A stretch of DNA of 63,791 nt, filler included, from Octopus bimaculoides (taxonomy: Eukaryota), in NCBI RefSeq assembly GCF_001194135.2. It is 4 parts of 4 records of this genome, joined end to end, with 100 filler letters (N's around TTAATTAATTAA, not from the genome) between each part and the next. Parts side by side here need not be neighbours in the genome. Positions count along the whole stretch, not along the records: positions 25,023 to 54,449 come from NC_069001.1; positions 54,550 to 61,298 come from NW_026381994.1; positions 61,399 to 63,791 come from NC_068981.1; 1 more part is not named here. One strand, written 5' to 3'. Position 1 is the first letter of the stretch. Each line of letters opens with the position of its first letter. Positions 53,460 through 63,791 of the stretch are shown piece by piece. The position numbers and the translations under genes are program-made. Under the pieces are notes generated by a model that saw only the letters and a program-made list of their open reading frames with translations, did no database searches and was not told where the DNA came from.

Positions 53460-54410
53460 TTTTGTGAAAAATGCCTCGAGAACAGATTTACGCACGTCTC
53501 ATGTACAGACATATAACTACCGCATATATTTGATGAAAAGTGTTTGAAGAGGATAGCACTCTGCTAGGTTAAGAATCAGATTCTTATATGGTATTTGAAT
53601 CTATTTTATTCCGATCTATCATTAATATTATTGTGAAACGAGCAAAGATCACACAGTTCTTAAGTGTTAAAATGTGTTACTATATATTTCAACGCAAAAT
53701 TTCTCATTTTGTATTTAAAGTCTGTTGCTAGAATCTAGAAAAGTAATTATGTTCTCGGTGGATGATCGAATTTCGTTTCCTCCTTCATGTCATCTATTCT
53801 CAGGTGCACCGCTGCCATTCATGATCCAAATATAAATGTTGTTTTAAATTTAAATTTTCTTATATTTTCGTTACATTTATCGCCATAAACTACTAGCTAC
53901 TCAAAATTAATTGCCTTCCAACGTTTAATGACGTTCTTACTCACATTGTCTGAAGTGGTCCGAGTGATTGCGTAACTATGACAAAATATTGATTATGGGA
54001 TGCACTACAGGAAAGATTCCATCTAGACGAGCTGCATAAAACAATACGAAGAGATGAGTTTTGCATCGGGCTTGAAACATATGCTATTTCATCTAAGTGA
54101 CAGGAATCTTAAGTAAACACGAATTACATGGCACTTTGATAGTCTTCTAACACTATGCGGTCGTCTCGTGTATGGTGCTGCAAATTATATTGAAAGGAAT
54201 GATTGTACTGATGAACCACGGACTATTACGTAAGTAATTTTGGTTGATGGAGAAACCGGTCTACAATTAATTCTTTATATTTTGTATATTTTCATTTGTC
54301 TTGCTCGCTTGCTGAATTTTCTTGAGAACAATCTTTAGTAGTCAGATCGCAGGTGATCTTCTACTAGCATAAAGGATGTCCACTTAGTGCCTATCCGTAT
54401 TATATGTTTG

Positions 54411-54449
<39 letters not shown>

Positions 54450-54664
54450 NNNNNNNNNNNNNNNNNNNNNNNNNNNNNNNNNNNNNNNNNNNNTTAATTA
54501 ATTAANNNNNNNNNNNNNNNNNNNNNNNNNNNNNNNNNNNNNNNNNNNNATGTATTTATATATGTGTATGTGTGTGTGTATGTGTGTGTGTATGTGTCTG
54601 TTCATCATGTTCAACCATTAATTCCAGCACATTTTTCTCTCTCCGTTTATTCGTACATATATGT

Positions 54665-54910
54665 GTGCGTTTGTGCGTTTGTGTTTGTCCCCGACCATCG
54701 CTTGATATTCGATGGTGGCGTGTGTACGTTCCCGTAAGCTAGCGGTTCGGCAAAAGAGGCCGATTGAATAAGTACTAGGCTTACAAAGAAGTTATGTACA
54801 TATACGCGTATACATACATACATACATGTGTCGATTTGTTCGACTAAATGTGGTGCTCCAGCATGGCCGCAGTCAAATGACTGGAACAAATAGAGGAATA
54901 AAAGAATAGA
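54665..54910 (+). mobile_element. SINE 3' half (family of 28166-28580) with a microsatellite inserted in the tail
   Basis: GTTTGTCCCC..CATCGCTTGA...AAGTACTAGGCTTACAAAGAA [TA/TACA repeat] GTCGATTTGTTCGACTAAA..GGTGCTCCAGCATGGCCGCAGTCAAATGACTG. Confidence 0.88.
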
Positions 54911-56329
54911 AGATTATATAGATATATATTTGTATATATATATACACACACACATATATATATAGATAGATACATACATGCATACATATACGTATACATA
55001 TGTATATATATACACACACACACATTACACACATACATATATGTATGTTTATACTATTTCTCTCTTGCGTTGCGTATTTTTTTATAGACATAACATAAAT
55101 TATCCCTCTTACGTATACTGCATACAGACATAAAAACACAGATACACACACGCACAGAAACACAAATACACCCCACACAGAAGCACACACACACACACAC
55201 ACACACACATACGCATGTGGAATGAACGCACCAAGATCTACACATATAACGTTCTCCTTGTAATGAAATAAAAGCCTAATGCATAACACTTTTGTTAGTT
55301 TGATGGGGAAACATAATAAACNNNNNNNNNNNNNNNNNNNNNNNNNNNNNNNNNNNNNNNNNNNNNNNNNNNNNNNNNNNNNNNNNNNNNNNNNNNNNNN
55401 NNNNNNNNNNNNNNNNNNNNNNNNNNNNNNNNNNNNNNNNNNNNNNNNNACAAAAACACGCTGGAAAAATATTCGCTTTTCAACGCCATCATTTGCACCA
55501 ATCAATGGTTATAAGACTATTTCTCCAGTTAAAAGAGTGCCAAGTGTGAACCAACACAGATTTCTAATCTTTTAAAATTCGCACTCGTAATGAAAAGAAA
55601 ATCAATTATCTATGGTAATTATTCTTACTAATTAATACGAGGGAAATGACTCCGAAATCGAAATTGATTAAAATATTGAGTGGAGCACGGTTAGGGGGGG
55701 GGGGCGACTAATCTTGTTTTGTTTTTAATTTGCTTCTACAATAATGTTGTAATTATAACTTCAAGCTCCTATGATTGTGTGGTGGTTGTTGTTCTTGTTG
55801 CGTAGAGCCACATTGAGAACACTTAAAAATCAAAAGCATTCCAACCGTGACAATCACGCCTTTATTTTCTTTTACTACCTGACACTACATTGATAAATAC
55901 ATGCTCTATTTTTCTTAAGACGACAGGCAGTGATTTGAGATTGGTTTGTCTGTTTCGGTTTAGACAAACGCTATAGCAGTCAACTTTTACAATTAATGGT
56001 CTGCTCAGTCCTGCGGCTCGCGAAATTTTCAAAACTCGCCTATGTAGGGCCCTCCGTTGACCAACGGTGATTAGGTCTCTGTACACATGTATGTAGACCT
56101 TTGCAAGAATTTTTGTGTATGGTTTTTATTTGATCAAGTTTCCCCACTCCGTGTCTCTAATGTTAATTCAGGAGAAATGTCATTGAGTTTGGCAAATACA
56201 ATTTGGCACCAGTGTGATCGCAGGCTTTAGTCTCAGAACGCAAAGAGCCAAAACAGAAGCCAATTAAACAGCATACAACATACATATAACAGCTACTCAC
56301 ACACATACACACACACATAATCATAATAA

Positions 56330-56541
56330 TTAGGAGCACTCCGTCGGTTACGACGAAGAGGCTCCCAGATGATCTGATCAACAGAAGAGCTTGCTCGCGA
56401 AATTAACGTGTACCCTTAACGTAGTTCTCAGGGAGACTCAGCAAGACACAGTGTGACAAGGCTGGCCCTTTTGAATTATAGACACAACTCATTTTTGCGA
56501 GTTGAGTGAACTGGAGCAACGTGAAATAAGGCATGTTTCGA

Positions 56542-56578
<37 letters not shown>

Positions 56579-56628
56579 GTTACCTTGGGGTTAGTAGCCC
56601 GCGCTCTTAACCACTATGCCATATGCCC
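56330..56628 (-). mobile_element. SINE with tRNA-like head (56582-56628), middle replaced by (ATT)n, and 3' module shared with 19168-19550
   Basis: Minus-strand head GGGCATATGGCATAGTGGTTAAGAGCGCG; tail GTCGTAACCGACGGAGTGC; core GCCAGCCTTGTCACACTGTGTC...AACTACGTTAAGGGT. Confidence 0.8.
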
Positions 56629-56670
56629 ACGTAATAAAATGTTTTAAAAGAAATTTAAGGTGCCTACATG

Positions 56671-56703
56671 ATAACAGTAAACCTACATTTGGGCCACCCC
56701 GTA
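56671..56703 (-). mobile_element. Solo Tc1/mariner-type terminal inverted repeat
   Basis: Reverse complement TA+CGGGGTGGCCCAAATGTAGGTTTACTGTTAT resembles a Tc1/mariner TIR; no partner end found. Confidence 0.35.
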
Positions 56704-56847
56704 TATACATATGTGCGTGTGTATGTGTAAGTATATATGTAGGCTTGTGTGTGCTAAGTACACACACACACACACACGTACATGGATATATATGAATTAC
56801 GTATAATAACACACGTGTATGCATGAGTATGTGAGTATGTGTGTGAA

Positions 56848-56878
<31 letters not shown>

Positions 56879-57052
56879 GCGTGTGTGTGTGTATACACAT
56901 ATACGTATGTAGTTATATCGTCATAATGTACCTCAAACACCGGTCTAACTTGTTGCCATCATGACAAGAAAGAGTTCACTGAGTGCAGTGGACGGTGAAG
57001 CAGCTTCTATTGAGAGAATGGTAGATATATTAATAGAGAGATAGATAGATAA

Positions 57053-57105
<53 letters not shown>

Positions 57106-57436
57106 GAGAGATAGAGATGAGGTGATACGAAGACGATGGAAAAAAGCAAGAGAGAGATAAGATAGATGAAAGGAGAAAAGAGAGATCAAGGGATGGAGAA
57201 AAATGAGCGGGAGAATAAAAAAAGATATGGCGGACATATTTAAGTGTATAGACGAGATTATTATTAATGTTTTGCTTTGTTTTGTAGCTTATTCTTTATG
57301 TTGTTGTTTTTTTTATACTATTTAATCAGCTACTTTAAGTACCACGGCGCAACCGCTACCATTACAAATACCACCACCACCGCCAAGATTATAACTTAAC
57401 GGCTACCATCAAGTCAGCTACCATTGTTACTACTAT

Positions 57437-57437
57437 T

Positions 57438-57525
<88 letters not shown>
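57437..57525. repeat. (CAA)n microsatellite running into a gap
   Basis: Read directly. Confidence 0.98.
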
Positions 57526-58373
57526 NNNNNNNNNNNNNNNNNNNNNNNNNNNNNNNNNNNNNNNNNNNNNNNNNNNNNNNNNNNNNNNNNNNNNNNNNNN
57601 NNNNNNNNNNNNNNNNNNNNNNNNNNNNNNNNNNNNNNNNNNNNNNNNNNNNNNNNNNNNNNNNNNNNNNNNNNNNNNNNNNNNNNNNNNNNNNNNNNNN
57701 NNNNNNNNNNNNNNNNNNNNNNNNNNNNNNNNNNNNNNNNNNNNNNNNNNNNNNNNNNNNNNNNNNNNNNNNNNNNNNNNNNNNNNNNNNNNNNNNNNNN
57801 NNNNNNNNNNNNNNNNNNNNNNNNNNNNNNNNNNNNNNNNNNNNNNNNNNNNNNNNNNNNNNNNNNNNNNNNNNNNNNNNNNNNNNNNNNNNNNNNNNNN
57901 NNNNNNNNNNNNNNNNNCTATTCTGAGTAGAACACGTGACTGCTGTCATGATGCAATATCGATTTTGTCTTTGATGCAATCATGACCAAGATCTTGGCAA
58001 ATCAGGTATTTATTACAGTGTCTGAATTGACAGAGGGGGGAGGAGGGAGAGCAAGTGGGGGAGAAAGTGGAGGAAGAGGGTGAGGAGGAGAGACAAGGAG
58101 ATGGTATGAGGGAGAGAGAGAGAGAGAGAGAGGGAGAAATAGGATTGTGGATTGAGTAGGAGTGTAAGAGGGATAGAAAGAAAGAAAGGAAGACAATGTG
58201 AGAGAGAAGGGGATAGAAAGAGGAAGAAAAGAGAAAGACGGATATTCGAGTAGAGAAAGGCAAAGAGAGAGAGAGACAGAGACAGAAGGAAAAAGGCGAG
58301 AGTGGGAGACAGAGGGAGGGAGACGAGATATGGGAAGGAAAACAGAAAAAATATAGAAACAATTTAGTGAGAT

Positions 58374-58412
<39 letters not shown>

Positions 58413-58480
58413 TAGACAAGCATACAGACGGATGGACGGTCGGACAGACCGGATGGATAGACGGATGGATGGATGGATGA

Positions 58481-58520
<40 letters not shown>

Positions 58521-59134
58521 GTAGGTAGATAGATAGATAGATAGGCAGGTAGGTAGGTAGGTAGGTAGATAGACAGATAGAGATAGACAGATAGATNNNN
58601 NNNNNNNNNNNNNNNNNNNNNNNNNNNNNNNNNNNNNNNNNNNNNNNNNNNNNNNNNNNNNNNNNNNNNNNNNNNNNNNNNNNNNNNNNNNNNNNNNNNN
58701 NNNNNNNNNNNNNNNNNNNNNNNNNNNNNNNNNNNNNNNNNNNNNNNNNNNNNNNNNNNNNNNNNNNNNNNNNNNNNNNNNNNNNNNNNNNNNNNNNNNN
58801 NNNNNNNNNNNNNNNNNNNNNNNNNNNNNNNNNNNNNNNNNNNNNNNNNNNNNNNNNNNNNNNNNNNNNNNNNNNNNNNNNNNNNGTACGTATTTGCTGA
58901 ATGTACGTATTTTTGATTATGTGAAATAGTACGTGTGACAGCGGGTGTGTGTGTATGCGTGTGCGCGTGATCTATGTGAACGTGTGTATCCAGAACATGG
59001 CTTCGCAGTATCACCACCCTCAATCGCTCCACCTTCGTCCGAAAGCTGAATATGGCTAACCAACTCTCCTTGAAGATCCAGCAGAATCAACATCCAACCT
59101 CACGCATATATATACATATAGATACCTACATACA

Positions 59135-59200
<66 letters not shown>

Positions 59201-60167
59201 NNNNNNNNNNNNNNNNNNNNNNNNNNNNNNNNNNNNNNNNNNNNNNNNNNNNNNNNNNNNNNNNNNNNNNNNNNNNNNNNNNNNNNNNNNNNNNNNNNNN
59301 NNNNNNNNNNNNNNNNNNNNNNNNNNNNNNNNNNNNNNNNNNNNNNNNNNNNNNNNNNNNNNNNNNNNNNNNNNNNNNNNNNNNNNNNNNNNNNNNNNNN
59401 NNNNNNNNNNNNNNNNNNNNNNNNNNNNNNNNNNNNNNNNNNNNNNNNNNNNNNNNNNNNNNNNNNNNNNNNNNNNNNNNNNNNNNNNNNNNNNNNNNNN
59501 NNNNNNNNNNNNNNNNNNNNNNNNNNNNNNNNNNNNNNNNNNNNNNNNNNNNNNNNNNNNNNNNNNNNNNNNNNNNNNNNNNNNNNNNNNNNNNNNNNNN
59601 NNNNNNNNNNNNNNNNNNNNNNNNNNNNNNNNNNNNNNNNNNNNNNNNNNNNNNNNNNNNNNNNNNNNNNNNNNNNNNNNNNNNNNNNNNNNNNNNNNNN
59701 NNNNNNNNNNNNNNNNNNNNNNNNNNNNNNNNNNNNNNNNNNNNNNNNNNNNNNNNNNNNNNNNNNNNNNNNNNNNNNNNNNNNNNNNNNNNNNNNNNNN
59801 NNNNNNNNNNNNNNNNNNNNNNNNNNNNNNNNNNNNNNNNNNNNNNNNNNNNNNNNNNNNNNNNNNNNNNNNNNNNNNNNNNNNNNNNNNNNNNNNNNNN
59901 NNNNNNNNNNNNNNNNNNNNNNNNNNNNNNNNNNNNNNNNNNNNNNNNNNNNNNNNNNNNNNNNNNNNNNNNNNNNNNNNNNNNNNNNNNNNNNNNNNNN
60001 NNNNNNNNNNNNNNNNNNNNNNNNNNNNNNNNNNNNNNNNNNNNNNNNNNNNNNNNNNNNNNNNNNNNNNNNNNNNNNNNNNNNNNNNNNNNNNNNNNNN
60101 NNNNNNNNNNNNNNNNNNNNNNNNNNNNNNNNNNNNNNNATATATATATATATATATGTACATATGT

Positions 60168-60250
<83 letters not shown>

Positions 60251-60777
60251 AAGAGAGAGAGACGTAATACCATGCAGACACACGCCGCTCTGCCATTTCG
60301 TCTCTGACTTCCTCAAACGGTTTGGAAGAGCGCCAAAGATTGCTCTGTCCAACCAAATATCTGGAAACCAGCGTGGTGCGGATGTACTAATGGCTACTAA
60401 ATTCACACACTTTACACACATACACACACACACACATGCACACGCATGCTTAGACGCTCACCCATAGACACACACAAATACATGCATGTATATATTTATG
60501 TGTATGTCTATGTATGTGTGTCTATAAATAAAGATCTATATATAAACATACATAAGTCTAAATATGTGTGTCTACGCATATGTGAGTGATGTGTGTTTGT
60601 GTGTGTTTGTGTGAGTGAGTGAGTGAGTGAGTGAGTGAGTGAGTGAGTGTGTGTGTGTGTGTGCGTGTGTGTGTGCGTGTGCGTGTCCGTTATGCTTTAT
60701 GTTTGTATTGAGGTATTTATAAATATCTGACTTCTAAACATATTTATCACTCCATGCTAATAACACGTGAGCTTCCC

Positions 60778-60810
<33 letters not shown>

Positions 60811-60987
60811 GTGTGTGTGCACGTGTGCGTGTGCATGCATGATATTATCTTAGAACATCAAAGCTTCGCTAATTTCGTATTCTTTCAGATCATCATTCAT
60901 CTTGATAGTGCGAACTTTACGCATTTCTAGGCAATGTGTACATTTATCATAACTACATATATACATATAGATAGATACACAGTTAGG

Positions 60988-61023
<36 letters not shown>

Positions 61024-61033
61024 AAGGTCTACT

Positions 61034-61079
<46 letters not shown>

Positions 61080-61398
61080 AAGGCTATGATAATTCTCTCG
61101 GCTATCACCTGATTAGCACATCATGCCGGATCTTAGCTAGCGTAGTATTGCAAAATCAGACGGAGATCCGTAAGACTTCGATTGATCTAAATGGGATGTC
61201 CACACAACAGTCAGGTATGGATTCCATAACATTATACGAGAAATGGTATAAAAATAAGTTACGTCTGCGGAAACAATTCTATGTGAATTTGACTTCTCNN
61301 NNNNNNNNNNNNNNNNNNNNNNNNNNNNNNNNNNNNNNNNNNTTAATTAATTAANNNNNNNNNNNNNNNNNNNNNNNNNNNNNNNNNNNNNNNNNNNN

Positions 61399-61402
61399 CA
61401 CA

Positions 61403-61444
<42 letters not shown>

Positions 61445-61721
61445 GGCACACACTTTCCTCCATTCCATTCACTCTCACATTCCACTCCGTTACAACTCCC
61501 ACTTCCACTCCACTGCCGGCTTCACTTCCACTCCACTCAGCATCCTGGCCTCACATGTAAAATTTCCCCTTTTTACTTCAGACTATTAAAACGAGCAACG
61601 TTTACTTACAACTCTCTCTCTTTCTCTCTCACGCACACACACACACACATACACAGAAACACACACATACACACACTCTCTCTCATTCTCTTTTTCTTTT
61701 TCTATTTCTCTCTCTCTCTCC

Positions 61722-61755
<34 letters not shown>

Positions 61756-62255
61756 TACACACACTCTCTGTCATTCTCTTTTACTGTCTCTCTTTCTCTC
61801 TTTCTCGCTCTCTCTGTCTGTCTCTTTCTCTCACATACACGCACACATACACACACATACTCGCACACTCTCTTTCTCTTTTACTGTTTCTATTTCCCTC
61901 TCTTTCCTTCTCTCTCCTTCTCTCTCTCTCTTTCACTCTCTTTCCGTTTTTCTCTCTCCTTCTCTCTCTCTCTCTCACACACACACATACACACACGTTA
62001 ACACACGCACACACCTACACCTATTTACGCAAATACAAACGCGTATGCACATACGCAGGCACACACCCATATGCACTCACACATGCACGCACACACAAAC
62101 GTGGGCGCACTCACATACACAGGCGCAAACACACATCAACGCAAACCCATAAAACACCCGTATAGACACACACACACATACACACACATACACACGTAAA
62201 CACACGCGCACATATACATATACACCTATTAACAAACGCGTATGCACATACGTAG

Positions 62256-62297
<42 letters not shown>

Positions 62298-62628
62298 NNN
62301 NNNNNNNNNNNNNNNNNNNNNNNNNNNNNNNNNNNNNNNNNNNNNNNNNNNNNNNNNNNNNNNNNNNNNNNNNNNNNNNNNNNNNNNNNNNNNNNNNNNN
62401 NNNNNNNNNNNNNNNNNNNNNNNNNNNNNNNNNNNNNNNNNNNNNNNNNNNNNNNNNNNNNNNNNNNNNNNNNNNNNNNNNNNNNNNNNNNNNNNNNNNN
62501 NNNNNNNNNNNNNNNNNNNNNNNNNNNNNNNNNNNNNNNNNNNNNNNNNNNNNNNNNNNNNNNNNNNNNNNNNNNNNNNNNNNNNNNNNNNNNNNNNNNN
62601 NNNNNNNNNNNNNNNNNNNNNNNNNNNN

Positions 62629-62667
<39 letters not shown>

Positions 62668-63619
62668 CACCCACACACACATGCATGCACACATGTACAC
62701 ACAGTCACATGCACACACAATCACATGCACTCACAGTCACATGCACTCGCATAAACACAGACCTGCACAAGCACATAAAATGCACAAACACATAAAATGC
62801 ACATACACACACACAGATACAGTCAGACACAGACGGACATTCATAGATATATTTACACAAATATAGACGCACATACACGAACTCAGACACACACACACAC
62901 ACACCCTCTAGATTTGTTTGTTTGCTTTTTTTGTTGTTTTTGTACTTATTTTGTAACCTTCAGTTTTATTTTATTTTTCTTCCATTTGTTTTTTTATTTA
63001 CGTAGTTGATTCTAAAGTGGTAAGCTATTACCAGCTTCCCCGACAACAACCCCCTTATAACAATACAACAACTATAACGATTACAACAGTTACAACAGCA
63101 AAACCCCATCATATATAAAAAAGCTGAATCTGAACCTACCTTCAGATTACCATTCCGCATCCCCTCCCATCATGCCTTCCCATCGAAACCCTCGTTTTAC
63201 TCTTCCTTTCCCTTCTTCAATTTCCTCTCCCCGCTCCTCTCGCCATCGCCATTATGATTTTCCTTTCTCATTAACGCCATCGCTGTTGTGGTGGTCGTCG
63301 TCGTTGTGGTAGTCTTTGTTGCCGCCGTCGACGTCGTAGTCTTCATCACCTCTGTGTGTAAATAGTTGTTGCGATAGACTGAATCTGTTTATCTTTTAAA
63401 GTAGACCAAGCCGGTAGACAGACAGACAGAGAGAAGGAGAGAGAAAGGGAGAGAGAGAGAGAGAAAGAAAAAGACAGAGAGACAGACAGGCTGACAAGCA
63501 GGAAAACATGCACACACATAAACACACACACACATACACAAGGACACAAATAGAAATAGAGATGTAAATACAGATAGACAGATCAGACAGACGGTTAGAT
63601 AGATAGATAGACAGATAGA

Positions 63620-63675
<56 letters not shown>

Positions 63676-63730
63676 TAGACAGACAGATAGATAGATAGAT
63701 ATATAGTCATATTGATAGATAGATAGATAG
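61399..63730. repeat. Compound microsatellite field (CA, CT, GA, GATA, GACA) with local duplications
   Basis: Read directly. Similar fields occur at 1-110, 660-830, 1540-1830, 3190-3750, 3978-4045, 57035-57120 and 58100-58600. Confidence 0.95.
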
Positions 63731-63791
63731 GTTTCTTTATTAGCCACACAGGGCTCAACACAGAGGGGACAAAATACAAATGTAGAGTTTT

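Noticed and set aside
54125-54229. Open frame ending in a strong GTAAGT donor (…NDCTDEPRTIT)
   Set aside because: Lacks the YVW/GWY motifs, has no clear acceptor, and the phase does not fit.
59052-60467. Longest ORFs in the track (400-471 aa) and other X-filled ORFs
   Set aside because: They are open only because N-gaps contain no stop codons.
1-63791. CRISPR arrays, rRNA genes, operons or prokaryotic defence systems
   Set aside because: No regularly spaced repeat-spacer structure, rRNA-like sequence or dense gene packing; the window is eukaryotic intronic DNA.

Overview
Repeat-rich, AT-rich animal genomic DNA from a gapped draft scaffold (18 N-gaps, mostly flanked by microsatellites). The SINE families and microsatellite load suggest an octopus (inference from recalled repeat families, not a database search). 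The only confident host coding sequence is one 66-nt, phase-0 exon on the + strand (20505-20570, VNDARIIIGGFRENAARKVICE) of a GABA-B-type class C GPCR, so most of the window is probably intronic. The rest is transposon material: a decayed Penelope-like retroelement RT (about 5.97-7.45 kb); a Helitron with both termini but no recognisable Rep catalytic core (43233-47379); three mariner copies, a mariner MITE and a Tc1/maT-type relic; about 13 tRNA-derived SINE copies, one full-length with a 13-bp TSD; possible hammerhead-ribozyme halves in Penelope-like terminal fragments; and many microsatellites. Nearly all long ORFs in the supplied track are microsatellite or N-gap artefacts. No CRISPR array, rRNA or intact tRNA gene was found, and I found no convincing evidence of a wholly new biological system. 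The best leads are the orphan exon with a possible alternative upstream exon, the hammerhead-like halves joined to microsatellites, and an unidentified decayed coding-like segment at about 10-11.6 kb.
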